DNA of 64,000 bases from Eledone cirrhosa (Eukaryota), in assembly GCA_964016885.1 (NCBI GenBank), contig OZ024763.1:20646001-20710000 (forward strand), read 5' to 3'. The notes under the pieces are model-generated. The model saw only the letters and a program-made list of their open reading frames with translations, was not told the DNA's origin and did no database searches. Below, in pieces: positions 1 to 10,997 of the stretch; position 1 is the stretch's first letter; every line of letters begins with the position of its first letter. The translations under genes and the position numbers were made by a program.

Positions 1-446
1 ACTGTATAGAGCTGGTCTATTCCGTATGGTCAATCGTAATGCAATAATATAGAGAGTACTCAACGTAAAGCAGTTCAACCGTCTTTGTTTTTGTAGTTGG
101 TGGTGCTATTACGGAGTTAAATATTATAATGAAATGACAGGAGGCTACCCATTAGGTACCCATTAGCACACGACACTAGAATGTCTCCTCCTGAGAACAA
201 AAATTAAACATTACACGACTATATCCCGTACTCTACATCCCACTAGGATAAATTACAGATCTACATAATACAATTAACGTTTCTTCATAAAAGACTATTT
301 AATTAAACCCCGCAACCCAAAACCTCATAGAAGTTATTTGAATGTCGAATCTTCAATTTTCTGTTTGTTCAATTCTCAATCCTCTTACTCCTTAGTTTTA
401 TAATGTTATTCTGAATTCTTTCAACTTCATCCGATAGAGTTAAGCA

Positions 447-1460
447 AAATTCTAAAGTTCCAACTTTCTGTCGGACCGTTGGGTGGGTTTTAGCGGCGGC
501 GCGACCAGCTCCCTGGCGAACGGGCTCACCTGGAGTGCTTGGAAAAATAAATTCCCCTTCTTTCAGTAAATGAAAATACTCGGCGTGGCTTAATTAGCCA
601 TGGGGCCCGGGGCGCGGCCGGTGTTTTAACCGCCAAATAGTACCTTTAGATTACAGAACAAATCGGAACTATTATATATATCAACCTGAAACTGTTGAGC
701 TTTAAGTTTTCTAACCTCTTTAATATGGAATATTGATTATTAATTTATTAATTTTTTAACTTCATCCTATAAGTCTAAACATTGTAACACACTGACCCCC
801 AATATATTCACCTCTGCTAAGATGCGAGTCCCTGTGAAAATTTTGTCGCGCCACTCCTGGCCCGACTGTGGTGTGACATTAATATCGACCTTCCTTCCTC
901 TCTCTTTCTATCTTCCTTCTTGTAGCTATCAACCATTACTCTTTTACTTCTCTAAGCTAAATTTTAAAGTTCCAACTTTCTGTCGGACTGTTGGGTGGGT
1001 TTTAATGGCGGCGCGACCAGCTCCCTGGCGAACGAGCTCACCTGGAGTGCTTGGAAAAATAAATTTCCCCTTCTTTCAGTAAATGAAAATACTCGGCGTG
1101 GCTTAATTCGCCATGGGGCCCGGGGCGCGGCCGTTGTTTTAACCGCCAAATAGTACCTTTAAATTACAGAACAAATCGGAACTATTATATAATTAATTGT
1201 TAAACTGTTGAACTTTAAATTTTCTAACCTCTTTAATATTGAATATTGATTATTAAATTTTTTTAACTTCATCCTAGAAGTCTAAACACTGTAAAACACT
1301 GACTCCCAATATATTCATCTCCGCTAAGATGCGGGTCCCTGTGAAAATTTTCTCGCGCCACTCCTGGCTTGACTGTGGTCTGACATTAATATCGACCTTT
1401 CTTCCTCTTCCTTTCTATCTTCCTTCTTGTAGCCATCAACCCTTACTTTTCTACTTCTCT
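447..1460. repeat. Tandem duplication of a ~512-bp unit, probably within a Penelope-like remnant
   Basis: 447-~951 and 959-~1458 are highly similar. They are followed by a hairpin (~1731-1773), a hammerhead (1833) and (TA)n. Confidence 0.8.
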
Positions 1461-1832
1461 CTTCCCTTCCTTCTCTCCTCTCCTCCTCCCGCAGACTTAT
1501 CTTCCTTCCCCCTCTTGCTTGCCTATATCTGACCAGTAGTAGTTACCTTCCTCTTTTAGCTGACATTAACCCTGACTTCTCTTCTTCTTTCTTCCCCCTT
1601 CTTCTCCTTCCTTTCTTTCTTTCTTTTACCTTGTGTCATGGGATCGACGTTAACCTATGCTCCCATCTCTTTCTGTTTTCGTTCATCTGACCGGTAGTAG
1701 CATACTATAAAATTTAGCCACGTCACTCCAGGGCGACCGGCTGAGGTTGAAGGAACAGAATAGCGGTCGCCCTCGGGTCCTGATTTTCAGCCCCATGGAT
1801 TTTACCTATTACATTCACGTATTATATTTCGA

Positions 1833-1890
1833 ATACCTGATGATATCACCGGATTCATACGGAACCCGGTCATTGAAATGATCATAGTAT
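1833..1890 (+). ncRNA. Type I hammerhead ribozyme
   Basis: atac-CTGATGA-..accgg..ccggt..-GAAA-tgatca-TA-gtat followed by AATAAA. Stem III is the palindrome ATGATCAT. Confidence 0.6.
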
Positions 1891-1944
1891 AATAAACCTT
1901 TCAAGGATTTACACAAATCCAGCCTCCTGTCATTTCATTATAAT

Positions 1945-1988
<44 letters not shown>

Positions 1989-2012
1989 TATATATATATA
2001 AATATATATATA

Positions 2013-2044
<32 letters not shown>

Positions 2045-2056
2045 AATATATATATA

Positions 2057-2088
<32 letters not shown>

Positions 2089-2111
2089 AATATATATAAA
2101 TTATATATATT

Positions 2112-2190
<79 letters not shown>

Positions 2191-2280
2191 TTATATATAT
2201 TTATATATATTTATATATTTATATATATATATATAATAATTATATATATATATATATAATAATTATATATATATATATAT

Positions 2281-2622
2281 GGAGGTACATGGCTTAGTGG
2301 TTAGAGCATTGGCCTTGCAATCGAAAGGTTGTGAGTTCAATTCTCAGACCGGGTGATGTGTTGTTTCCTTGAGCAAGACACTTTATTTCACATTGCTCCA
2401 GTTTACTCAGCTGTAGAAATGAGATGATAGGGACTGGGGTCCCTATCATTCCACTGCAAAGTGGTCGTGGAGGTGCCACGGCAAAAAAGCACCCAGCACT
2501 CACTGTAAATGAGGTTGGTGTTAGGAAGGGCATCCAGCTGTAGAAATCAAGCCAAAATCAGTTCCCGTCCCACCCTTGCAAGCAGGGAAAAGCGGACGTA
2601 AAATGAAATGATGATGATGAAA
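2281..2622 (+). mobile_element. tRNA-derived SINE (family B) with RTE-derived tail
   Basis: A/B-box-like head tggcttagtggttagagc...gagttcaattc and a (GAT)n tail. A near-identical copy lies at 16212-16548. Confidence 0.82.
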
Positions 2623-3046
2623 ATGATATATATATAATAATTATTATTATTTGGTCTACCTCTTTTTTCCCCCCACCTCTATCTTTCTCTCTCTCTCTGT
2701 TTTCTCTTCATTTTTTATTTCTCTCCATCTCCTTAACACTATAACTAAATAAGTACAGTACTCCCTCCCTCCTAAATCTCTCAATTTGTATGATGAATTA
2801 TTATTATTCATCTGTTGCCTCAGCTGCCTCTCTTTTTTCACCTTCTCACTATTTCTCTCTCCCCTATCTCTCTCTATTTCTCTCTGTTTTTCTTTACATA
2901 CATTTCTTCTTTTTCTCCGTCTTTCTTTTTAACTGTGCTTAACACTAAATATTTATAAACATTTCACTACCAAACCAACTTCTTACATAAAAGTTGATCA
3001 ATATTTATGGTACGTCAAAATTATTTATAAAACTGTTTATATATTG

Positions 3047-3107
3047 TATTTTATCTGAAGAAGGCATATTTTTAATATGGTATCCCCGAAATATGTATAA
3101 TGAAATA
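3047..3107 (+). ncRNA. Hammerhead ribozyme of the same family, weaker stem II
   Basis: tattttat-CTGAAGA-...catatt ttt aatatg...-GAAA-tatgta-TA-atgaaata. Confidence 0.5.
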
Positions 3108-3266
3108 AATATGGTTTTATAAATATAGTTTCCATTTGTTTAATATCGTATATCTACTCCAAAACTTGTTGAGTGCTTTATATCAGTTATAAAATATTTA
3201 CTTGTTGTAACCCAACAATTTTAAATAAAACTTTTGCATATATATATATATATTTATATATATATA

Positions 3267-3304
<38 letters not shown>

Positions 3305-3382
3305 TATATATATTTATATATATATATATATATTTATATATACGATATTAACAAATGGAAACTATATTTATAAAACCATATT

Positions 3383-3447
3383 TATTTCATTATACATATT
3401 TCAAGGACACCAAGTTAAATTATGGTGTGCTTTCATCAGATAAAATA
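3383..3447 (-). ncRNA. Type I hammerhead ribozyme (inverted partner)
   Basis: Near-exact reverse complement of 3570-3634. Confidence 0.68.
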
Positions 3448-3569
3448 TAATATAGAGCAGTTTTATAAATAAATATTGACATACCCTTAAAGAATGCAAC
3501 CATTCCAACAGTAATGGTTGCATTCTTTAAGGGTATGTCAATATTTATTTATAAAACTGCTCTATATTA

Positions 3570-3634
3570 TATTTTATCTGATGAAAGCACACCATAATTT
3601 AATTTGGTGTCCTTGAAATATGTATAATGAAATA
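3570..3634 (+). ncRNA. Type I hammerhead ribozyme
   Basis: tattttat-CTGATGA-aagcacacca..tggtgtcctt-GAAA-tatgta-TA-atgaaata, with an 8-bp stem I. Confidence 0.7.
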
Positions 3635-4898
3635 AATATGGTTTTATAAATAGTCTCCATTTGTTAATATCGTATTTTTATTCCAAATATTTGTTGAGTG
3701 CTTTATATCAGTTATAAAAATATTTGCTTGTTGTATCCCAACAATTTAAATAGAACTTTTACATATATTTATATATATATATTTATAAATATATATATAT
3801 ATATTTATTAAGATAACAGATTAAAGTTTAAGCAAAGAATCGCTGCTTTCACCCTTAACGGGATCTTCTGAAACTAACAAAGTCATCTGTAAACGCAGAA
3901 CTGGATATTTCAAAAAACGTTGCAACCGGGGGAAGACAGGAAGACGATACTTTGGAAACCACGTAAATGGTATAGCAGAAATCGTAGACTAAAATTCTAA
4001 CTAGGAGACCAAATGAATCTCCGCTACAGAGTTAAGAACAAAGTAAATAAATACAATACAGAAGTAATAGAAACATACACGCAAACAGATACGTACATAC
4101 ACAAGCATACGCAAAACCTTACCATGGGTATACAAAACCACGAACATATAAATATGTGTGTGTGTGTATGCTTGTGTACAAATAAATAAATAATTATATA
4201 AACGTATATACGTCTCTATGCACCACCTAAGAGAACATTAGTCTACGACCTCTTTTATACCATAAACGTGGTTTTGTCTTTGCGCGTAATTGTTTTTCAC
4301 TGCTCCTATTAATGACGTATTATTCGTTTTTTCCCGTTCTTTGCCAGCGAACGTTACCACGAACCAAAGTATCGTCTTCCTGTCTTCTCCCGGTTGCAAC
4401 GTTTTTTGAAATATCCAGTTCTGCGTTTACAGATTGACTTTGTTAGTTTCAGAAGATCCCGTTAAGGGTGAAAGCAGCGATTCTTTGCTTAAACTTTAAT
4501 CTGTTATTTTAATAAATATTTGCTCTACGGTTCTTATATATTTGATATATATTTTCCTTATCAAGCCCTCTTTGGATTTTAGTCTTCAATTTTATTATTA
4601 TTACTAAATATATATATATATATATTTGAAAATGTGAGAGTCCCAAATGCAGAAAAATAACTGTAATAGCAGTCAATCACTACAAATAATAATTGAACAA
4701 ATTTGGTAAATTACCCTCAGAGACAGAAAAAAAGGGGGACAGAGGTGCATATAAGGAACTGAACCCAGATAAAATTGAACAATGGCTCTAAAATTTAACC
4801 AAAATTAATTGGATATAATTAAAGCCAAAAATATCTTTTCTTAATTGAATAATTAGATATAGAACTTTTGAGATACATACATCTGGGTTGATATTTAC

Positions 4899-4948
4899 CT
4901 GCGAGACAAAAGCTGGATTGCCAGAAGGACCTTGACCAGGTAAGACAC
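4899..4948 (-). CDS. Polyhomeotic-like protein, coding exon 4 (gene continues beyond the window)
   Basis: ttattcag|...|gtaaat, 50 nt, phase 1 to 0. Translates as GVLPGQGPSGNPAFVSQ. Confidence 0.72.
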
Positions 4949-5361
4949 CTGAATAAGAAAAAACCCTTTGTTAAGTTACATTCAAAGCACCAATGTAATT
5001 ATAGTCTATGATTTAGGCACAAGGCCAAGAATTTGAGGGGAGAGGGAAAAGTCGACAAAATCAACCCCGTAAAGATAAAAGGCAAAGCTAACCTTGGCGG
5101 GATTGGCACTCAGACCGTAAAGGGCCATAACTATGCTGCAAAGCATAGTGTCTGACGCTCTATCGTTACTTCTAATCCACCACCCTTTGTAAATAATAGT
5201 TTCTGATTTAGGTACAAGGCCAACAATTTTGAGGAAAGGAGGGAAAGTCAACAAAATCGACCCCAGTGCATTACTGGTACTTTATATGTGGCAATAACTC
5301 TATGCCACAAAGCATTCCATGAGAGTATTTTGGTCAGCCTATGAAGTTTTCAGCTAACTCT

Positions 5362-5685
5362 CATATGGTAACGAAACTATAGACAGTGTCTTTAATTAGA
5401 TATACGGTAACAAAACTATAGACAGTGTCTTTAATTACATATATGGTAACAAAGTTATAGACAATGTCTTTAATTAGATATATGGTAACAAAGTTATAGA
5501 CCGTGTCTTTAATTAGATATATGGTAACGAAGTCACAAGCAGTGTCTTTAATTAGATATAGGGTAACAAAACCACAAGTAGTGTCTTTAATTAGATATAT
5601 GCTAACAAAGTTATAGACAGTGTCTTTAATTAGATATGTGGTAACAAAATCACAGGCAGTGTCTTTAATTAGATATATGGTGACG
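5362..5685. repeat. 39-bp minisatellite, about 8 units
   Basis: Unit atatggtaacaaagttatagacagtgtctttaattagat. Confidence 0.9.
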
Positions 5686-5714
5686 AGAAGGTCAAAGAAT
5701 CTTTAAATATTTAC

Positions 5715-5910
5715 CTATCTGTCCAACTAACAAAGACGGTACTGCCTGGGTAGAGAAGACGGGTTTACCCCCAATGTGAGGGGTGGCTTGTCCTTGGCTA
5801 CTTCCAGCCTGTGACACGAGTCCTTTGCTTCCATTGTTGCCTCCTTTGCCATTTGCACAGCTTGAGGATATGGTAGATGACGCTGAAGACAGGGCCGTTG
5901 CCACACATGT
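5715..5910 (-). CDS. Polyhomeotic-like protein, coding exon 3
   Basis: tttcag|...|gtaaat, 196 nt, phase 0 to 1. Translates as TCVATALSSASSTISSSCANGKGG...QATPHIGGKPVFSTQAVPSLLVGQI. Confidence 0.78.
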
Positions 5911-7254
5911 CTGAAAGTGAAGTTAAAAAGACATCAAAAACATGAAATAATGGTTTCTACTTTAGGCACAAGGCCAGCAATTTTGGGGAGGGGGGGGGGG
6001 AAGTTGATTAAATTAACCCCCAGTACGTTACTGGTACCTTATTTTATCGACCTCGTAAGGATGAAAGGCAAAGCTAACCTTGGTGGGATTTGACCATAAA
6101 GGAACGTAATAATAAAATCTTCAGTTAATACATTTCTAATTTGATGATAAAACTAGGAAATAAATTTTACAACCCAACAACTCTCTCTCCCTCTCATTTT
6201 ACTGGGAGACACATTTGATGTAATTGGATCAATCTCTCTAGTCTCCCTTTTTGAAAATTGGGATTATCACTCCCAATTACCATAGCTTAGGTGCCTTTCC
6301 AGAGATCCAGGCCACCCGGCACACATAAGGCTGGACAGATTTTACGGGCAAAACCAACCGGCAAGAGACCCAGGGTTTGACCCCGAGCAAGATGGTTGGA
6401 TAACACCCATGAGTTTGGCTGATTCACTTGGGGATCCAGCTGGATCAGTTGGAGACAGTTGCTTCTGACAGGACCCACTGAAAGGAGTGTTTGAGGACTG
6501 CTTCCCCCCACGACCTTCTCAGGAATAAGTGGGCGAAGAAGAGAAGGGGAAAGTTGATTATATATCAACCCCAATACATTACTGGTACTTTATTTTATCG
6601 ACCTCAGAAGGATGAAGGGCAAAGTTAACCTAGACAGGACTTCAATTTCAGAGAGCAGGGAGCTTGAGAAATGGAACAAATCCAACATTCTGATCATCAT
6701 TTTACGTCCGCTTTTCCCTGCTTGCAAGGGTGGGACAGGTCCTATTCAGCACAGCATCTCTCCACTTGTCACGGTCCCTCGTCATCTCCTCCGTGAGTTT
6801 CAGCGATCTGAGGTCTGCTCTCACCACCTCCGCCCATGTTTTTCGTGGTCTACCTCTACTGGAATTTCTTGGCACCCTAACCCTAACCCAGCGGTCATCC
6901 TGATGACTATGCAATTCCAAATACACACTTTCTTTCGTTGCTTAACAAACCTAGTCCTTTCCCCCACTTTACTCTCATTTAACTATGAAATTCTGCAGAA
7001 AATATTTGAGAGTTTTATCATCTCTAAAATTAAAATCATTTAATTTAAAAAAAAAAAAAAAAATAGAAAAAACCTTAAAATTCACCGTGTATCTGATGTG
7101 TTTATAAATACTGAAAAACATGCAAAACTGCAGGCAACAACATCCACAAAGAAATTCAAGCTTTTATCACAATGCACAGAATTGGATCGGATATTGTAAC
7201 GTATTCTATTTAACTCTTTTAACAAATTTGTCAATCCACCATCCCTGTTGGTCT

Positions 7255-8207
7255 TAAATCTGTCTCAAGCCCGGAGGCTCACCAAGCCAGTGCTATCCTG
7301 GTTTCCATGGCATTAAGTGACTGAGATTACAAGGCTTCTCACTGGACAGGATGCCAGTCCATCGCAAGGTTAAAGTCTGTCTAGAGCCTAGACTCTCACC
7401 AGGCCGGTGCTTAAACTGGTTTCTGTGGTAGAAGCGACTAAGAGTACAAGACTCCCCACTGGACAGGATGCCAGTCCATCACATAGTTAAAGTCTGTCTA
7501 GAGCCTAGACTCTCACCAGGCCGGTGCTTAAACTGGTTTCTGTGGCATGAAGCGACTAAGAGTACAAGACTCCCCACTGGACAGGATGCCAGTCCATCGC
7601 AAGGTTAAAGTCTGTCTAGAGCCTAGACTCTCACCAGGCCGGTGCTTAAACTGGTTTCTGTGGCATGAAGCGACTAAGAGTACAAGACTCCCCACTGGAC
7701 AGGATGCCAGTCCATCGCAAGGTTAAAGTCTGTCTAGAGCCTAGACTCTCACCAGGCCGGTGCTTAAACTGGTTTCTGTGGCATGAAGCGACTAAGAGTA
7801 CAAGACTCCCCACTGGACAGGATGCCAGTCCATCGCAAGGTTAAAGTCTGTCTAGAGCCTAGACTCTCACCAGGCCGGTGCTTAAACTGGTTTCTGTGGC
7901 ATAAAGCGACTAAGAGTACAAGACTCCCCACTGGACAGGATGCCAGTCCATCGCAAGGTTAAAGTCTGTCTAGAGCCTAGACTCTCATCAGGCCGGTGCT
8001 TAAACTGGTTTCTGTGGCATGAAGCGACTAAGAGTACAAGACTCCCCACTGGACAGGATGCCAGTCCATCGCAAGGTTAAAGTCTGTCTAGAGCCTAGAC
8101 TCTCACCAGGCCGGTGCTTAAACTGGTTTCTGTGGCATGAAGCGACTAAGAGTACAAGACTCCCCGCTGGACAGGATGCCAGTCCATCGCAAGGTTAAAG
8201 TCTGTCT
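7255..8207. repeat. ~118-bp tandem array derived from a SINE segment, about 8 units
   Basis: Near-identical units running directly into the SINE at 8207-8482. Confidence 0.9.
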
Positions 8208-9508
8208 TAAGCTAGAAGGCTCGAAGGCTCGTTAGTGCTTAAACCAGTTTCTGTGGCGTGAAGCGGTTGAGAGTACAAGACTTCCCCCTGTACAAAACGC
8301 CAGTCCATTGCAGGGTTAAACCCCCAGCTATTGCTGGTACTCATTCTCAGTTGAGTGTACTGGGGCAATGTGAAATGAAGTGTTTTATTCAAGAACACAG
8401 CACACAACCCAGTCCAGGAATCAAAACCATGACAATATGACCATAAGTCCAACATTTTTACAACTAGGCCATGCACCTCCATCCCTGCAGGGCTGGCTGG
8501 CTGGTACTTTATTTATCAACCCTTTAAAGGGTGAAAGGCAAAGTTGACCAGTGGGATTTGAACTCAGACAGCAAAGAGCTGGAATAAATATAGAAGTGTT
8601 TAATCCAACACTTTAACGACTCTGCCATTCACCACTCATCATGTAAGGTCACTCTCGAGCAGTGCTGGTAACATGTGACTTAGACCAACCTGTTGCATGG
8701 TCAGATTGTCAGCAATTACACTGGCAACCCCATCAAAGCTTGCTTGCTTAATGAGTAGGGGAAATAATGTGCCTAACACCCTGTGTTAGGAAAAACAAAA
8801 CCTGACAACCCTGAGCACCTCTTTGATCTCCATGTGTCTAACACACGTGGACATGCCTACAAGATAAGAAAACAGCACAGCTCCCATGACTTTCGCAGAC
8901 ATTTTTTCACGCTCAGAGTTACTGAAGCATGGAACAAACTGCCTGCGTCAATTGTTAGCTGCCGAGACACTGCATCCTTTAAGACACTCATGCTTCCCGA
9001 AATACGCCAAAACTACACCTGATGTACCCCTTCCATACACATGCACACATGTGTGTATCATGACTCGTGCACTGTTCATTTTACTGATGTTTGTGCATTG
9101 CCCTATGTACTGTACATGCACTTTTTTGATGAGTTGTGGTGCACCTGGGCACTGTACACAATATTTCATTATTGTTATTGTTATTATATCATGACTCATA
9201 CACTTTATTTTCCTGACATTTGTACATTATTCTATGTACTATACATGCACCTTTGATGAGTTGTAGTGCACCTGAGCACTGTACACAATAATTTCATTAT
9301 TATTAAAGGGCGGAGGAACTCTGGAGACTAAACGGCCAACCAATAAAGCATATACATATGTATATATATTTTTTATAGAGGTAAGAAACTCTCAGGAGAG
9401 CTGGACAGCTGGTCTTCATAGAAGAACCACCACCACCTCAAGCGAGTATTTTGGCCCTTAACTAGAGAGAGGGAGAGAGAGAGGAAGAGAGAGAGAGAGA
9501 GAGAGAGA

Positions 9509-9610
<102 letters not shown>

Positions 9611-10813
9611 GCATCCAGCTGTAGAAATCTAGCCTAAAAACAGTTCTGTATGAGCAGGACAGTCACCTGACCCATGCATCAAATGGGACAACCAGTGTAA
9701 CCCATGCTAGCATGGAAAATGGACATTAAACAATGATGATAATGATGAATCCATCTTGTATTACAGTATGACTGAGTCTTCCACAGATACAGGACACACA
9801 GTGATACAATATATGACACAGTTGGCCCTTTAAATTGAAGGTACAATCTATTTTGTATTACAGTGTGACTGACTGAGTCTCCCACAGACACGTGGACTCA
9901 TAAAATAGTTCCCAAGCTACCATATAGTGGTAAGAAACTCTCAGGAGAGCTGGAGAGAAGGACTTCAGAGAAAAATACCCAATCAAATCAAGCAAATGTT
10001 TTAGCCCTTATGTTTAAGAAAAAAAAAGTAAAATAAGTTATACTTATGAATACTAAAAAAACATGCAAAGCAACAAACAACAAACAATATCCAGACAAAT
10101 CGAAACTTAAAAAAAAAAGCACTCAATACCTTGCCAACTCACTGTATTTAACAGTTTGTTTTTGTTGAATATTACAACAATACCATGTAGCACTGGTTGG
10201 AACACAAAACATATTCAAAAATACACATGCACAATATACATACATACATACAATGTCTAGCTTTTACATGAAATCAGAAATAGATCGTTCAAAGATCTAA
10301 TCTTTGCTTTGTTTAACTCTTTAGAATTTAAACCGGGCATAATTCTCTCACCTCTTTCTGTTCAAACCAACCATAACTGGCTGCTATTAATGACATTAAG
10401 GTATTGTTCTCAAAATAAATAATTTCAAAATCTTGTAGATTCAATATTACGTGAGATATTGTGTAAGATAAAGCCTTTATCATGAAAATATAATAGTATA
10501 TATATAGAGTAATGTAAATGCTAAAAGGTTAAACCGGCTGTATCCAGCTAGAATTCTCCCACCTCTTTCTGTTTAAACTGGCCATAACTAGCCACTTATA
10601 CTGATGTTAAGGTATTGTTCTCAAAATAAATAATATCAAAATCTCAGATTCAATATTATGTGAGGTAAAGCCTTTACCACAAAAATACAATAGTATATAT
10701 ATAGAGTAATGTAAATGCTAAAGGGTTAAACCGGCTGTAACTGGTCACTCATACTGATGAGAACATAAATAATATCAAAATCTCATAGATTTGATATTAT
10801 GTGAGATTATAAT

Positions 10814-10997
10814 TGTTTCTACTTTTGGCACAAGGCCAGCAATTACCCAGTACATTACTGGTACTTTATTTTATCGACCCCGTAAGGATGAAAGGCAAAG
10901 TCAACCTCGGCTGGATTTGAACTCAGATCGTAAAGGGACGCAACTAAGCTGGAAAGCATGGCGTCCGACCCTCTACCGATACTGCCAATCCACCGCC
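10814..10997 (-). mobile_element. SINE family A inserted in a TTAA-type MITE
   Basis: TSD tatgtgagattataat on both sides. Confidence 0.85.

Noticed and set aside
2281-2355. tRNA gene
   Set aside because: The tRNA-like head continues into a multicopy SINE body with a (GAT)n tail, and there is no clean acceptor stem.
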